32,000 bases of DNA, taken from positions 420,001-452,000 of the forward strand of contig NZ_CP011041.1 in NCBI RefSeq assembly GCF_002310835.1, read 5' to 3'. The stretch comes from Pseudoalteromonas tetraodonis. GTDB taxonomy: Bacteria; Pseudomonadota; Gammaproteobacteria; Enterobacterales; Alteromonadaceae. Under the pieces are notes generated by a model. The model saw only the letters and a list, made by a program, of their open reading frames with translations. It was not told where the DNA came from and did not search any database. Made by a program: the position numbers and the translations under genes. How positions within the stretch are numbered: position 1 is the first letter of the stretch; each line of letters begins with the position of its first letter. This document shows positions 20,660-28,675 of the stretch, in pieces.

Positions 20660-21271
20660 AAAGCTCAAGTAGAGCTACTCATCATTAATGAGTTTCAGGA
20701 GTTAATAGAGTTTAAAAGCGTACAAGAACGACAACAAATTGCAAATGGGTTAAAGTTTATTAGTGAAGAAGCCAAAGTGCCAATAGTACTGGTTGGTATG
20801 CCTTGGGCTGCAAAAATAGCTGAAGAACCTCAATGGGCTTCTCGCTTAGTTAGAAAAAGAAAACTTGAATACTTTAGCCTAAAAAATGACAGCAAGTACT
20901 TTCGCCAATATTTGATGGGGTTAGCTAAGAAAATGCCATTTGATGTACCTCCTAAGCTTGAAAGTAAAAATACCACAATAGCGTTGTTTGCTGCATGTCG
21001 AGGTGAGAATCGAGCTCTTAAACATCTACTGTTGGAGGCTTTAAAATTAGCACTAAGTTGTAATGAGTATCTTGAAAATAAACATTTTATTACTGCTTAT
21101 GACAAGTTTGATTTTTTTAATGATAAGGAAAAACTAAAATCAAAAAATCCTTTTAAACAAGACATTAAAGATATTGAAATTTATGAGGTAATCAAAAGCT
21201 CATCATACAACCCAAATGCATTAGATCCTGAACATATGCTCACAGGTCGAAAGTTCGAAATAGTAAAATAA
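20660..21271 (+). pseudogene. 5'-truncated TniB/TnsC-like AAA+ transposition ATPase gene (Walker A region missing)
   Basis: The frame is open from 20648 and reads KAQVELLIINEFQELIEF...AKVPIVLVGMPWAAKIAEEPQWASRL...LKNDSKYFRQYL. This matches the TniB-family pattern from Walker B onward (LIIDE.., IPIVLVG, D.Q.ASRF). There is no N-terminal P-loop segment. The only in-frame start is the GTG at 20777. Confidence 0.7.
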
Positions 21272-21508
21272 ACTGTATAACCTAAGTTCTGGTTAGGTGG
21301 AATAAAAGAGCAAGTCTTAATTTACACTATCTACGGTAAATAGGGATCCTACAAAATATATTAGTCCGTCGTCTGATCATCTCTACTTTCCTATGGACCC
21401 TATTTAATTAATGCAAGTAAGGACTCAACTAGCGCCAATTAAGTCTTAGACACCAAATTGGGGAGCTGTATGATCGCCCTACTTCTTAGTAATAAATTAG
21501 GTTTAAGT

Positions 21509-22513
21509 ATGAAAAGTAAATTGTTAGAAAATCAAAAGTTAGGTTTTGGAACTGCTCCTTTAGGCAATATGTTTAGAAATATACCGGAGGAAGAGGCATT
21601 AGCCACTATAACAGAAGCTTGGAATCAGGGTATCCGCTATTTCGATACAGCACCATTTTATGGCGCTGGTTTAGCAGAAATAAGATTGGGACAAGTGCTT
21701 AAAAACTATAATCGTGATGAATATACATTAAGTTCAAAGGTTGGTCGTATTATCCTCGATGAGGAGGTTGAGTCTCAAGAGTTCGGTGAAAAAGGCGCTT
21801 TATTTGAGCATGGAAGGAAGAATAGAGTTGTTAATGATTATACTGCTAGTGCAACTTTAAGATCTATTGAAGATAGCTTAAAACGATTAGACACAGACAG
21901 CTTAGATATTGTCTATGTACATGATATTGCACAAGACTTTTATGGCGACAATTGGTTAGCTAAATTTGAAGAGGCCAGAAATGGGGCATTTAAAGTATTA
22001 GCTGATTTAAAAAAAGAAGGTGTTATTAAATCTTGGGGTTTAGGTGTAAATAAAGTTGAACCAATTGAACTTGCTTTAAATCTTGAAGAAGATAAACCTG
22101 ATGCATTTTTACTAGCAGGAAGATATACACTGTTAGATCATGAATTGGCACTACAACGTCTGATGCCTAAAGCCGCAGCACAAAAAGTTGATATTATTGT
22201 CGGAGGTCCATATAGCTCCGGCATTTTAGCAGGGGGGTCTAATTTCGAATATCAAAAAGCTCCTACTCATATTGTTAACAAAGTAGCTAAAATAAAAGCA
22301 GTTTGCGAGAAATTTTCGGTCAGTATTAAAGCTGTAGCACTCCAGTTTGTATTAGCCAATGATGCGGTTAGCTCAGTTATTCCTGGTGCAAGTAAACCTT
22401 CTAGAATTGCTGAAGATATCTCAGCCTTAGAAGAAAAATTGCCTCATGAACTATGGCTTGAATTAAAGCGTGAGGGTGTTATTTCTGAACTCGCTCCAAC
22501 ACCAACTAAGTAG
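21509..22513 (+). CDS. Aldo/keto reductase family oxidoreductase (D-threo-aldose/L-fucose dehydrogenase-like subgroup)
   Basis: The product carries the AKR motifs LGFGTAPLGN, YFDTAPFYG and VYVHD. The start is ambiguous: ATG at 21509, ATG at 21470 or TTG at 21458. Confidence 0.8.
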   Translation: MKSKLLENQKLGFGTAPLGNMFRNIPEEEALATITEAWNQGIRYFDTAPFYGAGLAEIRLGQVLKNYNRDEYTLSSKVGRIILDEEVESQEFGEKGALFEHGRKNRVVNDYTASATLRSIEDSLKRLDTDSLDIVYVHDIAQDFYGDNWLAKFEEARNGAFKVLADLKKEGVIKSWGLGVNKVEPIELALNLEEDKPDAFLLAGRYTLLDHELALQRLMPKAAAQKVDIIVGGPYSSGILAGGSNFEYQKAPTHIVNKVAKIKAVCEKFSVSIKAVALQFVLANDAVSSVIPGASKPSRIAEDISALEEKLPHELWLELKREGVISELAPTPTK

Positions 22514-22523
22514 GGAAAACGAC

Positions 22524-22937
22524 ATGCTAAAAGCTCAAGCTCAAACTGTAATAATAGCTCCCTCTAACGATGTATGGGAGCTAATTGGTGGATTTAATAG
22601 CCTGCCAGATTGGTTACCGTTCATTCGGGAAAGTAAGCTTTCTGAAGGTGGTAGAGTTCGAACATTGCAAAGCCATAAAGGTGATAAAATCATTGAAAGG
22701 TTAGAAGGCTTTAGCGAAGATAAAACGTTTTACAGCTATTCAATTATTAACGCGCCATTTCCAGTGAGTAGCTACCTTTCAACTATAAGTGTAAAAGCTA
22801 TAGATGATAAAAGCTGCCAAGTAACGTGGTTTGGTTCATTCATGGCTGACGACAGCGTAAAAGATTCTGATGTGATTGAACTGTTTACTACTATATATTC
22901 AGACGGTCTAAAGGAGTTAAGCAATAATTTCGTCTAA
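22524..22937 (+). CDS. SRPBCC (START/Bet v1-like, polyketide cyclase/dehydrase-type) ligand-binding protein
   Basis: The 137-aa product has a family-typical N-terminus (I.AP...VW.L.GGF..L..W.P). I use the ATG at 22524, which follows GGGAAA, rather than the 22470 start in the track that overlaps the AKR gene. Confidence 0.7.
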   Translation: MLKAQAQTVIIAPSNDVWELIGGFNSLPDWLPFIRESKLSEGGRVRTLQSHKGDKIIERLEGFSEDKTFYSYSIINAPFPVSSYLSTISVKAIDDKSCQVTWFGSFMADDSVKDSDVIELFTTIYSDGLKELSNNFV

Positions 22938-22946
22938 GAAATCACT

Positions 22947-22981
22947 AACCCCAGTACATTCATCTTGTATTGGGGTTTTTA
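22947..22981 (+). terminator. Intrinsic terminator after the AKR-SRPBCC pair
   Basis: The stem pairs AACCCCAGTACA with TGTATTGGGGTT and includes one G-U pair. TTTTT follows. Confidence 0.7.
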
Positions 22982-23014
22982 ATGTTTCAATAGTTGAAGG
23001 CTAATACGGTATAG

Positions 23015-23884
23015 CTAACTCATTAGTTGCTCTCTAAATTCTCTTACTATCGGTCTCAGTATTTCAGCATGCCAAGCGACCCATAGAGTAATAGAGAAAT
23101 TTAGTGCATTGAGTTTAATAGTTACTACATTCTTTGGTAGTTGTTGTTTCAAGCTCTCCTGAATCATTGTAATCCCATTGCCAGCAGCAACCAAGCCAAG
23201 GGCACTGACAGGATCATCTACTTCGATCAAGATATTAGGAGAAAACCCTTTCTTAGCGCACTCATTGATAAAGCCTTTTTTGTACGGACCTTTTACTGTC
23301 AGCCAAAGCTCCTCGCTTAGATCTACCTCGGTAATAGTTTCTTTTTTGGTAAAATGATGGTCGTCAGCAACAACAAGTACCATTGGATCTTCATAAATTT
23401 TTGAAAATTTAATAGTGGTATGTTTTTCTAACAGCTCATCTACAATTGCAATATCAAGACTTCTTTGAATCAACCCTTCGAATTGCTTGTCACTTTTCAA
23501 GTGGTATAAAGCTGTATGAATTTTCGGTTTCGTTTTTCTTAACTCTCGAAGCTTAGACGGCAATATATTTGAGAACATTGCGCTATTAACGTACCCGATA
23601 CATAGTCCACCCTCTTCACCTTTTCCCAACCGTTTTCCTAGTGACTCTAAACGAGTAGCATGTGTTAAAAGAGCTTTTGCCTCTTTAAGGAAAGTATGTC
23701 CGTCTGTTGTCAGAATTATTCGCTTTGCTTTTCTTTCGAATAATATTAAGCCAAGTCTATCTTCTAATTGAGATATTTGTCTGCTTAATGGGGACTGAGA
23801 TATGAACAGCACTTCTGCGGCTTTGCCGACATGTTCTAATTCTGCCACAGTTATAAAATAATGAAGTTGCTTTAGATCTAGCAT
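23015..23884 (-). CDS. LysR-family transcriptional regulator
   Basis: The 289-aa product has an N-terminal wHTH (LKQLHYFITVAELEHVGKAAEVLFISQSPLSRQISQLE) and a LysR substrate-binding domain. Confidence 0.9.
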   Translation of the reverse strand: MLDLKQLHYFITVAELEHVGKAAEVLFISQSPLSRQISQLEDRLGLILFERKAKRIILTTDGHTFLKEAKALLTHATRLESLGKRLGKGEEGGLCIGYVNSAMFSNILPSKLRELRKTKPKIHTALYHLKSDKQFEGLIQRSLDIAIVDELLEKHTTIKFSKIYEDPMVLVVADDHHFTKKETITEVDLSEELWLTVKGPYKKGFINECAKKGFSPNILIEVDDPVSALGLVAAGNGITMIQESLKQQLPKNVVTIKLNALNFSITLWVAWHAEILRPIVREFREQLMS

Positions 23885-24119
23885 TGTAATGGCACCGTTT
23901 AATATAGAATTTAGCTTTTATAGCTACTGGTACGCTAGCACGTATACTTTTAACTACATATCTCAAATTTAAGATAGAGATTCCTTAAAGAAAATAATTG
24001 TCATTGTTTTTAATCTAGCCATAGTTAGCAATTGATGACATACATTTTAGGGTTAAAAGTTTAATGAATGGAAGCTATAGCTAGCCATCTAGGTTAAAGT
24101 AAATATAAAAAATATTAAT

Positions 24120-24149
24120 AAACAGCCACATCAATAGATGTGGCTGTTT
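24120..24149 (-). terminator. Hairpin terminator downstream of the dkgB-cyclase-moaF-like operon
   Basis: A 13-bp perfect stem pairs AAACAGCCACATC with GATGTGGCTGTTT around a 4-nt loop. Both flanks are AT/T-rich. Confidence 0.55.
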
Positions 24150-24203
24150 ATTTAGCTTCGGTAAAATCATAGTATCTAAATAGAATATGTGTCCTTATCG
24201 AGC

Positions 24204-24530
24204 TTAGCTCGATAAGCCATTATCTTTCACTACGAGTGTACCTTTAAGCCTATAAAACTCATTATTAGCCGTTGAGAAAAAAGTCATTGATGTACCCTTT
24301 TTAAAGTCATCTAAATGAACCACTGTGGCTCCCGAATCTTCTTGCCACGAGATTAAATATACGCCTTCAGATACCTCGTTCCACTCACATGAAGATTTTC
24401 CCTTTGAGCCCTTACCTGGTCCTTCAATAATCTCATATTCAACTTGAGAGGCATCAGTATTATATTTATTTGTAGCAACTAAACCGTCATATGAGACAGT
24501 AACGAACTTTTCTGCAAAGAATTTTGACAT
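24204..24530 (-). CDS. Small MoaF-like / calycin beta-barrel protein
   Basis: The 108-aa product shows the pattern F..K...V.Y.dGl...Y.i..GPG.G..G...W.EV..GVYLISWQE..G.TVVH..DF..G, which resembles MoaF N-terminal domain proteins. I prefer the ATG at 24530, which follows AAGGTGA, over the GTG at 24539. Confidence 0.55.
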   Translation of the reverse strand: MSKFFAEKFVTVSYDGLVATNKYNTDASQVEYEIIEGPGKGSKGKSSCEWNEVSEGVYLISWQEDSGATVVHLDDFKKGTSMTFFSTANNEFYRLKGTLVVKDNGLSS

Positions 24531-24535
24531 ATATT

Positions 24536-25462
24536 TCACCTTATAGCGATTGGGTTTATATTAACTTGGGTCGATCCTTTATATAGAGGATGACCAAGTA
24601 CGAATAAAAATTCGAAAATACCGTCTTTTAGTAGCTCTCTTGTATCTATCAATTCAAGGTTATAAATCCCTTTCTTAGCTAACATGAACTGATTGACAGG
24701 AAATTCTAGCCCCTTAGGGTTAGGGTAAACCTCAGAAGCCCAAGTATCACCACCAAACGCTACAATCTTCTTATTAGCTAGCCAAGCAGCTGCTTCCATA
24801 TCGATACCAGGCTCAGTCTCTAAAAATTTTTTATTATCTTTGCCAATAAGGTTTAACCATCCGGTATTAAATAAAACAACATCGCCTTCATTGATAGTTA
24901 TCTTCTGCTTGGCTAGTACCGCTTTAATATCTTTAACTGTAATGACAGTACCTCCATCAACCACCGGGGTATTAAAGTGAGATGTCATATCTAAAACGAC
25001 TCCTCGCGTTACTATAGGTGGTACTTTTTCTATACCTAATTTAGTTACACCTTCAACAGTGACAAAATCTTCAGCTTTATTACCATTATAGTAAACATTA
25101 TCAATACCTATATGGCCAATACCGTTTAGCTGAGTCCCAATTCCAGTCCATCCATTTACAAGCTCATCATTAAATGTAAATTTATTTACACCCAATGTTT
25201 TACCTGCTTGACCTTCAGGTTGTACATTGTAAAGATTGAAAGATCTATGTCTAAAAGCGGGTAAATCTTTACTAACGGGAACAGCTAAAGAGTAAACTTT
25301 ACCAGTGCTAACGAGATCTACCGCTTGCTTTACTAAACTTGAAGTTAATAAATTAGCAGCTCCAATTTCATCGTTCTGGCCAAATTCTGAGGAAGTCCAA
25401 TCATTAGCCAAAGCATTAAAACTGACTAAAATTGATAATGAAAGAGTTTTAATTTTTTGCAT
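24536..25462 (-). CDS. Secreted putative cyclase-family (kynurenine formamidase-like fold) protein with a non-canonical motif
   Basis: The 308-aa product has a signal peptide (MQKIKTLSLSILVSFNALA). Its overall pattern matches PF04199-type proteins (VVLDM, FNTGW, FGGDTW). GIGTQLNGIGH stands where HxGTHxDxPxH is expected. Confidence 0.6.
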   Translation of the reverse strand: MQKIKTLSLSILVSFNALANDWTSSEFGQNDEIGAANLLTSSLVKQAVDLVSTGKVYSLAVPVSKDLPAFRHRSFNLYNVQPEGQAGKTLGVNKFTFNDELVNGWTGIGTQLNGIGHIGIDNVYYNGNKAEDFVTVEGVTKLGIEKVPPIVTRGVVLDMTSHFNTPVVDGGTVITVKDIKAVLAKQKITINEGDVVLFNTGWLNLIGKDNKKFLETEPGIDMEAAAWLANKKIVAFGGDTWASEVYPNPKGLEFPVNQFMLAKKGIYNLELIDTRELLKDGIFEFLFVLGHPLYKGSTQVNINPIAIR

Positions 25463-25463
25463 C

Positions 25464-26270
25464 TTATATATCCCACTCTGGTGCTAGCCCTTCTGGGTTA
25501 ACTAGTCGGCCATCTCTTTCCAAGTTATCAATGAGCTGAACCGTTTTCTCATCCAAAACAATTTTCAGCGCCTGCAAGTTACTCGCTAAATTCTCTCGTT
25601 TTGTGGAAGATGGAATAACGGCATAACCCTTATGTAATGCCCAAGCTAATGTAAGCTGAGCGGGGGGGATTTGTAACTCTGATGCTAAGTCATTAATAGT
25701 AGAGTCATTTAATACACTGCCATATGCCAGTGTCATGTATGAAGTAACCTTTATACCTAAAGTTTTCATATGATCTACGAGCTTATTATTCTGTAAGTAA
25801 GGGCTTAGTTCTATTTGGTTTGTAGCAATATTTTCTGCGCCCAAAATATCAACAGCTTTATCGATAAGTTCAATAGTAAAATTTGATACGCCAATTTCTT
25901 TTGTTAATCCTAAACGTTTAGCTTCAGCTAAGGCTAAGAGGTACTCTTCAATTGCAACGTTGCTTGTAGGTGCTGGCCAATGAATAAGAACAAGATCCAG
26001 ATATTCAACCCCGAGTTTTGTAATGCTCTCTTTGACACTTTGAATCAGCTTATCTCTTTCGTAATTGTCTACCCACACTTTAGTAGTTATATATAAGTCA
26101 CTCCTATTTATATCTGCACGTTTTAGTGCTTTACCAATATCACTTTCATTCTGATATATTTGGGCTGTGTCAATAGCCCTGTAGCCAAGCTCTATCGCAT
26201 TGCTTACTGATTCAATAACAACATCACCTGTTAACCTAAATGTACCCACTCCGAAAGATGGTACTGCCAT
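25464..26270 (-). CDS. dkgB: 2,5-diketo-D-gluconate reductase B-like aldo/keto reductase
   Basis: The product is collinear with E. coli DkgB as I recall it: MAVPSFGVGTFRL, ELGYRAIDTAQIY, LIHWP, ATNQIELSPYLQN, IPSSTKRENL and a C-terminal PEGLAPEWD. I prefer the ATG at 26270, which lies 7 nt after GAGGT, over 26276. Confidence 0.8.
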   Translation of the reverse strand: MAVPSFGVGTFRLTGDVVIESVSNAIELGYRAIDTAQIYQNESDIGKALKRADINRSDLYITTKVWVDNYERDKLIQSVKESITKLGVEYLDLVLIHWPAPTSNVAIEEYLLALAEAKRLGLTKEIGVSNFTIELIDKAVDILGAENIATNQIELSPYLQNNKLVDHMKTLGIKVTSYMTLAYGSVLNDSTINDLASELQIPPAQLTLAWALHKGYAVIPSSTKRENLASNLQALKIVLDEKTVQLIDNLERDGRLVNPEGLAPEWDI

Positions 26271-26380
26271 AATCATTACCTCGTATAGTTATTTAGTATA
26301 AATAAGACATACATATTAGCTGGTAATTTTATTTACATTAAGGCACAGTAAGTAAAATTATATTTGAATTATTATCAACA

Positions 26381-27280
26381 ATGAAAGCTACTTTAGACGA
26401 ATTAAATACCTTTGTTGCGGTAATTGATTGTGGAACCATTAGTCACGCCGCTGATAAGTTAGACTTAACAGTTTCTGCAGTAAGCCGGAGTTTATCTAGG
26501 CTTGAAGAAAAGTTAGGTACAACATTGATAAGTAGAACAACACGCAAAATGGAGCTAACGATTGAAGGACAAGCCTATCTAGAAAAAGTTAGAAAAATCC
26601 TCGATGATATCAATGAGGCTGAAGAAATGTTGGCTTTAAAAAAAGGGATGCCTTCAGGTAGGTTACGTGTAGATGCAGCAACACCATTTATGCTAAATGT
26701 TATCGCACCTCTAATTAAAGAGTTCGTTCACAAATATCCCCACATACAATTAGAGCTCAACAATAATGATCAAGTAATAGATCTTTTAGAAAAGCGCACT
26801 GATGTCGCAATTCGTATTGGTGAGTTACAAGATTCGACACTGCACGCTGCGCTTATAGCCAAAAGTCAAATACGCATTTTAGCAAGCCCAAATTACCTTA
26901 GCCGGCATGGTGTACCAACCTCAATCCAGGATTTAAAAAACCATTCTCTAATTGGTTTCAGCAATCTAGAAAAATTAAACTACTGGCCTATATTAGATTC
27001 CGAAAAAAAGCTATTTCATGTGAACACTAGTATAAAAGCCTCAAGCGGAGAAACAGTAAAAAAACTTGCACTAGAAGGAGTTGGTATTGCTTGTTTGTCA
27101 GATTTTATGACAGCAACAGAAAGACAAAACTCAGAATTAGTTCAACTTTTTGCTGATGTGACAATTGAGTCTATGCAATCAATTAACGCTGTGTATTACA
27201 AGAATTCCGTAGTGTCTAGTCGTGTTAGCTCTTTCATTAACTTTCTTAAAGAGAGGCTTAATACTCAGTTGTTTTTGTAA
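26381..27280 (+). CDS. LysR-family transcriptional regulator divergent from dkgB-like gene (YafC-like arrangement)
   Basis: The 299-aa product has a wHTH (LNTFVAVIDCGTISHAADKLDLTVSAVSRSLSRLE). It shares a 110-bp divergent intergenic region (26271-26380) with the AKR gene. Confidence 0.88.
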   Translation: MKATLDELNTFVAVIDCGTISHAADKLDLTVSAVSRSLSRLEEKLGTTLISRTTRKMELTIEGQAYLEKVRKILDDINEAEEMLALKKGMPSGRLRVDAATPFMLNVIAPLIKEFVHKYPHIQLELNNNDQVIDLLEKRTDVAIRIGELQDSTLHAALIAKSQIRILASPNYLSRHGVPTSIQDLKNHSLIGFSNLEKLNYWPILDSEKKLFHVNTSIKASSGETVKKLALEGVGIACLSDFMTATERQNSELVQLFADVTIESMQSINAVYYKNSVVSSRVSSFINFLKERLNTQLFL

Positions 27281-27281
27281 A

Positions 27282-27653
27282 GCAGCTTTAAACTTAATAG
27301 AAAGCATGGTTGATATGATTTACAGCGTACGCGACGAAATGAACGCCGGCGATGAGCTAGGTATTGATATTGAAGAAAAAGGCTTTTACGACGCCCTAAA
27401 AATGTTAGCGGTTAAGTACGACTTTGACTACCCCGAAGATAAGCTCATTGAGCTTGCCCAAGCGGTAAAAGTAATTGTAGACGACAAGGTAAAATTTGTA
27501 GATTGGAACCACCGCGACGATATTAAATCAGCTTTAAAAGTAGAGCTGATTTTAATACTCGCTAAATTTAAATTCCCACCAATTAGCCGCGATGAAGTAT
27601 ATAAAGAAATATTTGAACAAGCGCAAAATGTGAAAGCGAATAAAAAAGTTTAA
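27282..27653 (+). pseudogene. hsdR: 3' remnant of a type I restriction enzyme R subunit gene (HsdR C-terminal DUF3387-like domain only)
   Basis: The translation ...EEKGFYDALKMLA...VKFVDWNHRDDIKSALKVELILILAKFKFPP...IFEQAQ matches the conserved HsdR C-terminus (E.aFYDAL, vDW..r..vrA.L....K..L.kygYPP, .eQA). There is no helicase or nuclease region. The upstream part of the ORF-track entry overlaps the LysR gene out of frame. Confidence 0.75.
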
Positions 27654-27720
27654 ATTACTAGGCTTAGTTTGGATGTGATTTATGGAGTTCGCGATTAAAA
27701 GCGATCTCCATAAACAAGCG

Positions 27721-28674
27721 TTATAACGCACTTTGGCTAACTACGGTTTTAGCGTTTGATTGTTCACTAAAAGTAAGTGCCTCATTAAGTTTTTCAAATG
27801 GAAATACTTTAGGTGTATCAGTGATTAGAGTTTGGTTATCTAACAGGCTTATTAATGCCTCACCCTCTTTTATGAGTTCAGTCCAGTCTTGCTCATCGCC
27901 ATAACTGTGCAAAGAGCCAAGAGCAACTTCATGATAAGAGATTGAGTTGGTAAATGCAGGAAACAGCGGTTCCTCAATTCTATCCTGAATACAGACTAAG
28001 TGGCCATTAGCTTTAAGGTAGCTTGCAAGTTTAGTAGCACTTTGTTGGCCTTTAGCATCGAATACGGCGTGGTATTGTTGCTGACATCGGCTTTGCTCCC
28101 TCAGCACTTTATTTACACCAAGTGATAAGGCCTCTGTTTTATTCGCACTTGGGCTGAGTAAATCGATTTTAACACCATTTTTATGAAGCAGCTGTATAAG
28201 GATTTTGGTGACTGCACCAAAACCAGAGACCAACACCTTTTTATTTTGCATGCTTGGCAATTTATTAAATGCCTGTATTGCAGTGAGCATGGGGCACGGT
28301 AAGCTTGCAGCTTTAGATAAAGAAAAGCTTTGCGGGAGTCTCATTACTCGTTGAAATTTTAACACTGTGTATGTTGCAAAACTGCCAGGTAAAAGCAGCG
28401 ATTGATGATAACAAACCGAGCTGCCTATAAACTCTTTAGGTACGCTTGCGCCTGTTTCAATAACAATTCCAGCGCCATCCACACCGGGTGTAAAACCGGG
28501 CGGCCAAGCTAGTGGATTGGCTTTTATAAATTTCCAATCAACAGGGTTTATACCCATTGCTTTATTTAAAACAACAATTTCATTTTCGTTTATGTTTAAA
28601 GGTGGCGCAATTGAAGATAGAAGCAGGGGTGAGCCTGCCTCTTCAAACTGCCACGCTAAATCGCAGCTGTTCAT
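27721..28674 (-). CDS. Medium-chain dehydrogenase/reductase (quinone oxidoreductase-like, zinc-independent type)
   Basis: The 317-aa product has an MDR N-terminal GroES-like pattern (INPVDWK, PGVDGAGIV) and a Rossmann motif (VLVSGFGAV). It starts 1 nt after the upstream AKR stop. Confidence 0.8.
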   Translation of the reverse strand: MNSCDLAWQFEEAGSPLLLSSIAPPLNINENEIVVLNKAMGINPVDWKFIKANPLAWPPGFTPGVDGAGIVIETGASVPKEFIGSSVCYHQSLLLPGSFATYTVLKFQRVMRLPQSFSLSKAASLPCPMLTAIQAFNKLPSMQNKKVLVSGFGAVTKILIQLLHKNGVKIDLLSPSANKTEALSLGVNKVLREQSRCQQQYHAVFDAKGQQSATKLASYLKANGHLVCIQDRIEEPLFPAFTNSISYHEVALGSLHSYGDEQDWTELIKEGEALISLLDNQTLITDTPKVFPFEKLNEALTFSEQSNAKTVVSQSAL

Positions 28675-28675
28675 T

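Noticed and set aside
21272-21457. Imperfect inverted repeat (AAATAGGGATCC ... GGACCCTATTT) in the 186-bp gap after the tnsC remnant, considered as an element end or an sRNA
   Set aside because: The core is only about 8 bp and contains an indel. It has no terminator or promoter context and bears no resemblance to the 21-bp end repeats.
23757-23966. Small ORFs 23757-23966(-), 25305-25487(+), 28517-28708(+) and 30271-30483(+)
   Set aside because: They overlap the ends of real genes in other frames or on the other strand. Their compositions are implausible and they match no motif.
24018-24100. Possible degenerate TnsB-site-like sequence (CCATAGTT, 9 nt, TGACATA at 24018-24041) and an exact 10-mer AGGTTAAAGT (24091-24100) shared with the att junction at 20601-20610. 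I considered this as an internal or left transposon end.
   Set aside because: The site is in direct rather than inverted orientation. It needs a 9-nt gap and has no ...ACA terminus next to the TAAAG. A single 8-mer or 10-mer recurrence is near chance expectation in 32 kb of AT-rich DNA. It is worth re-testing only if a real left-end consensus becomes available.
26289-26305. Dyad TTATTT-N5-AAATAA in the dkgB/LysR divergent region, considered as a LysR T-N11-A box
   Set aside because: It is AT-only and low in information. It lies just upstream of the AKR RBS, in the likely 5' UTR, rather than at a typical activation position. It cannot be distinguished from background.
27222-27281. N-terminal extension of the ORF-track entry 27222-27653
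   Set aside because: This part overlaps the 3' end of the LysR gene out of frame. HsdR-like similarity begins only after about 27282, so the ORF is a remnant and not an intact 143-aa gene.
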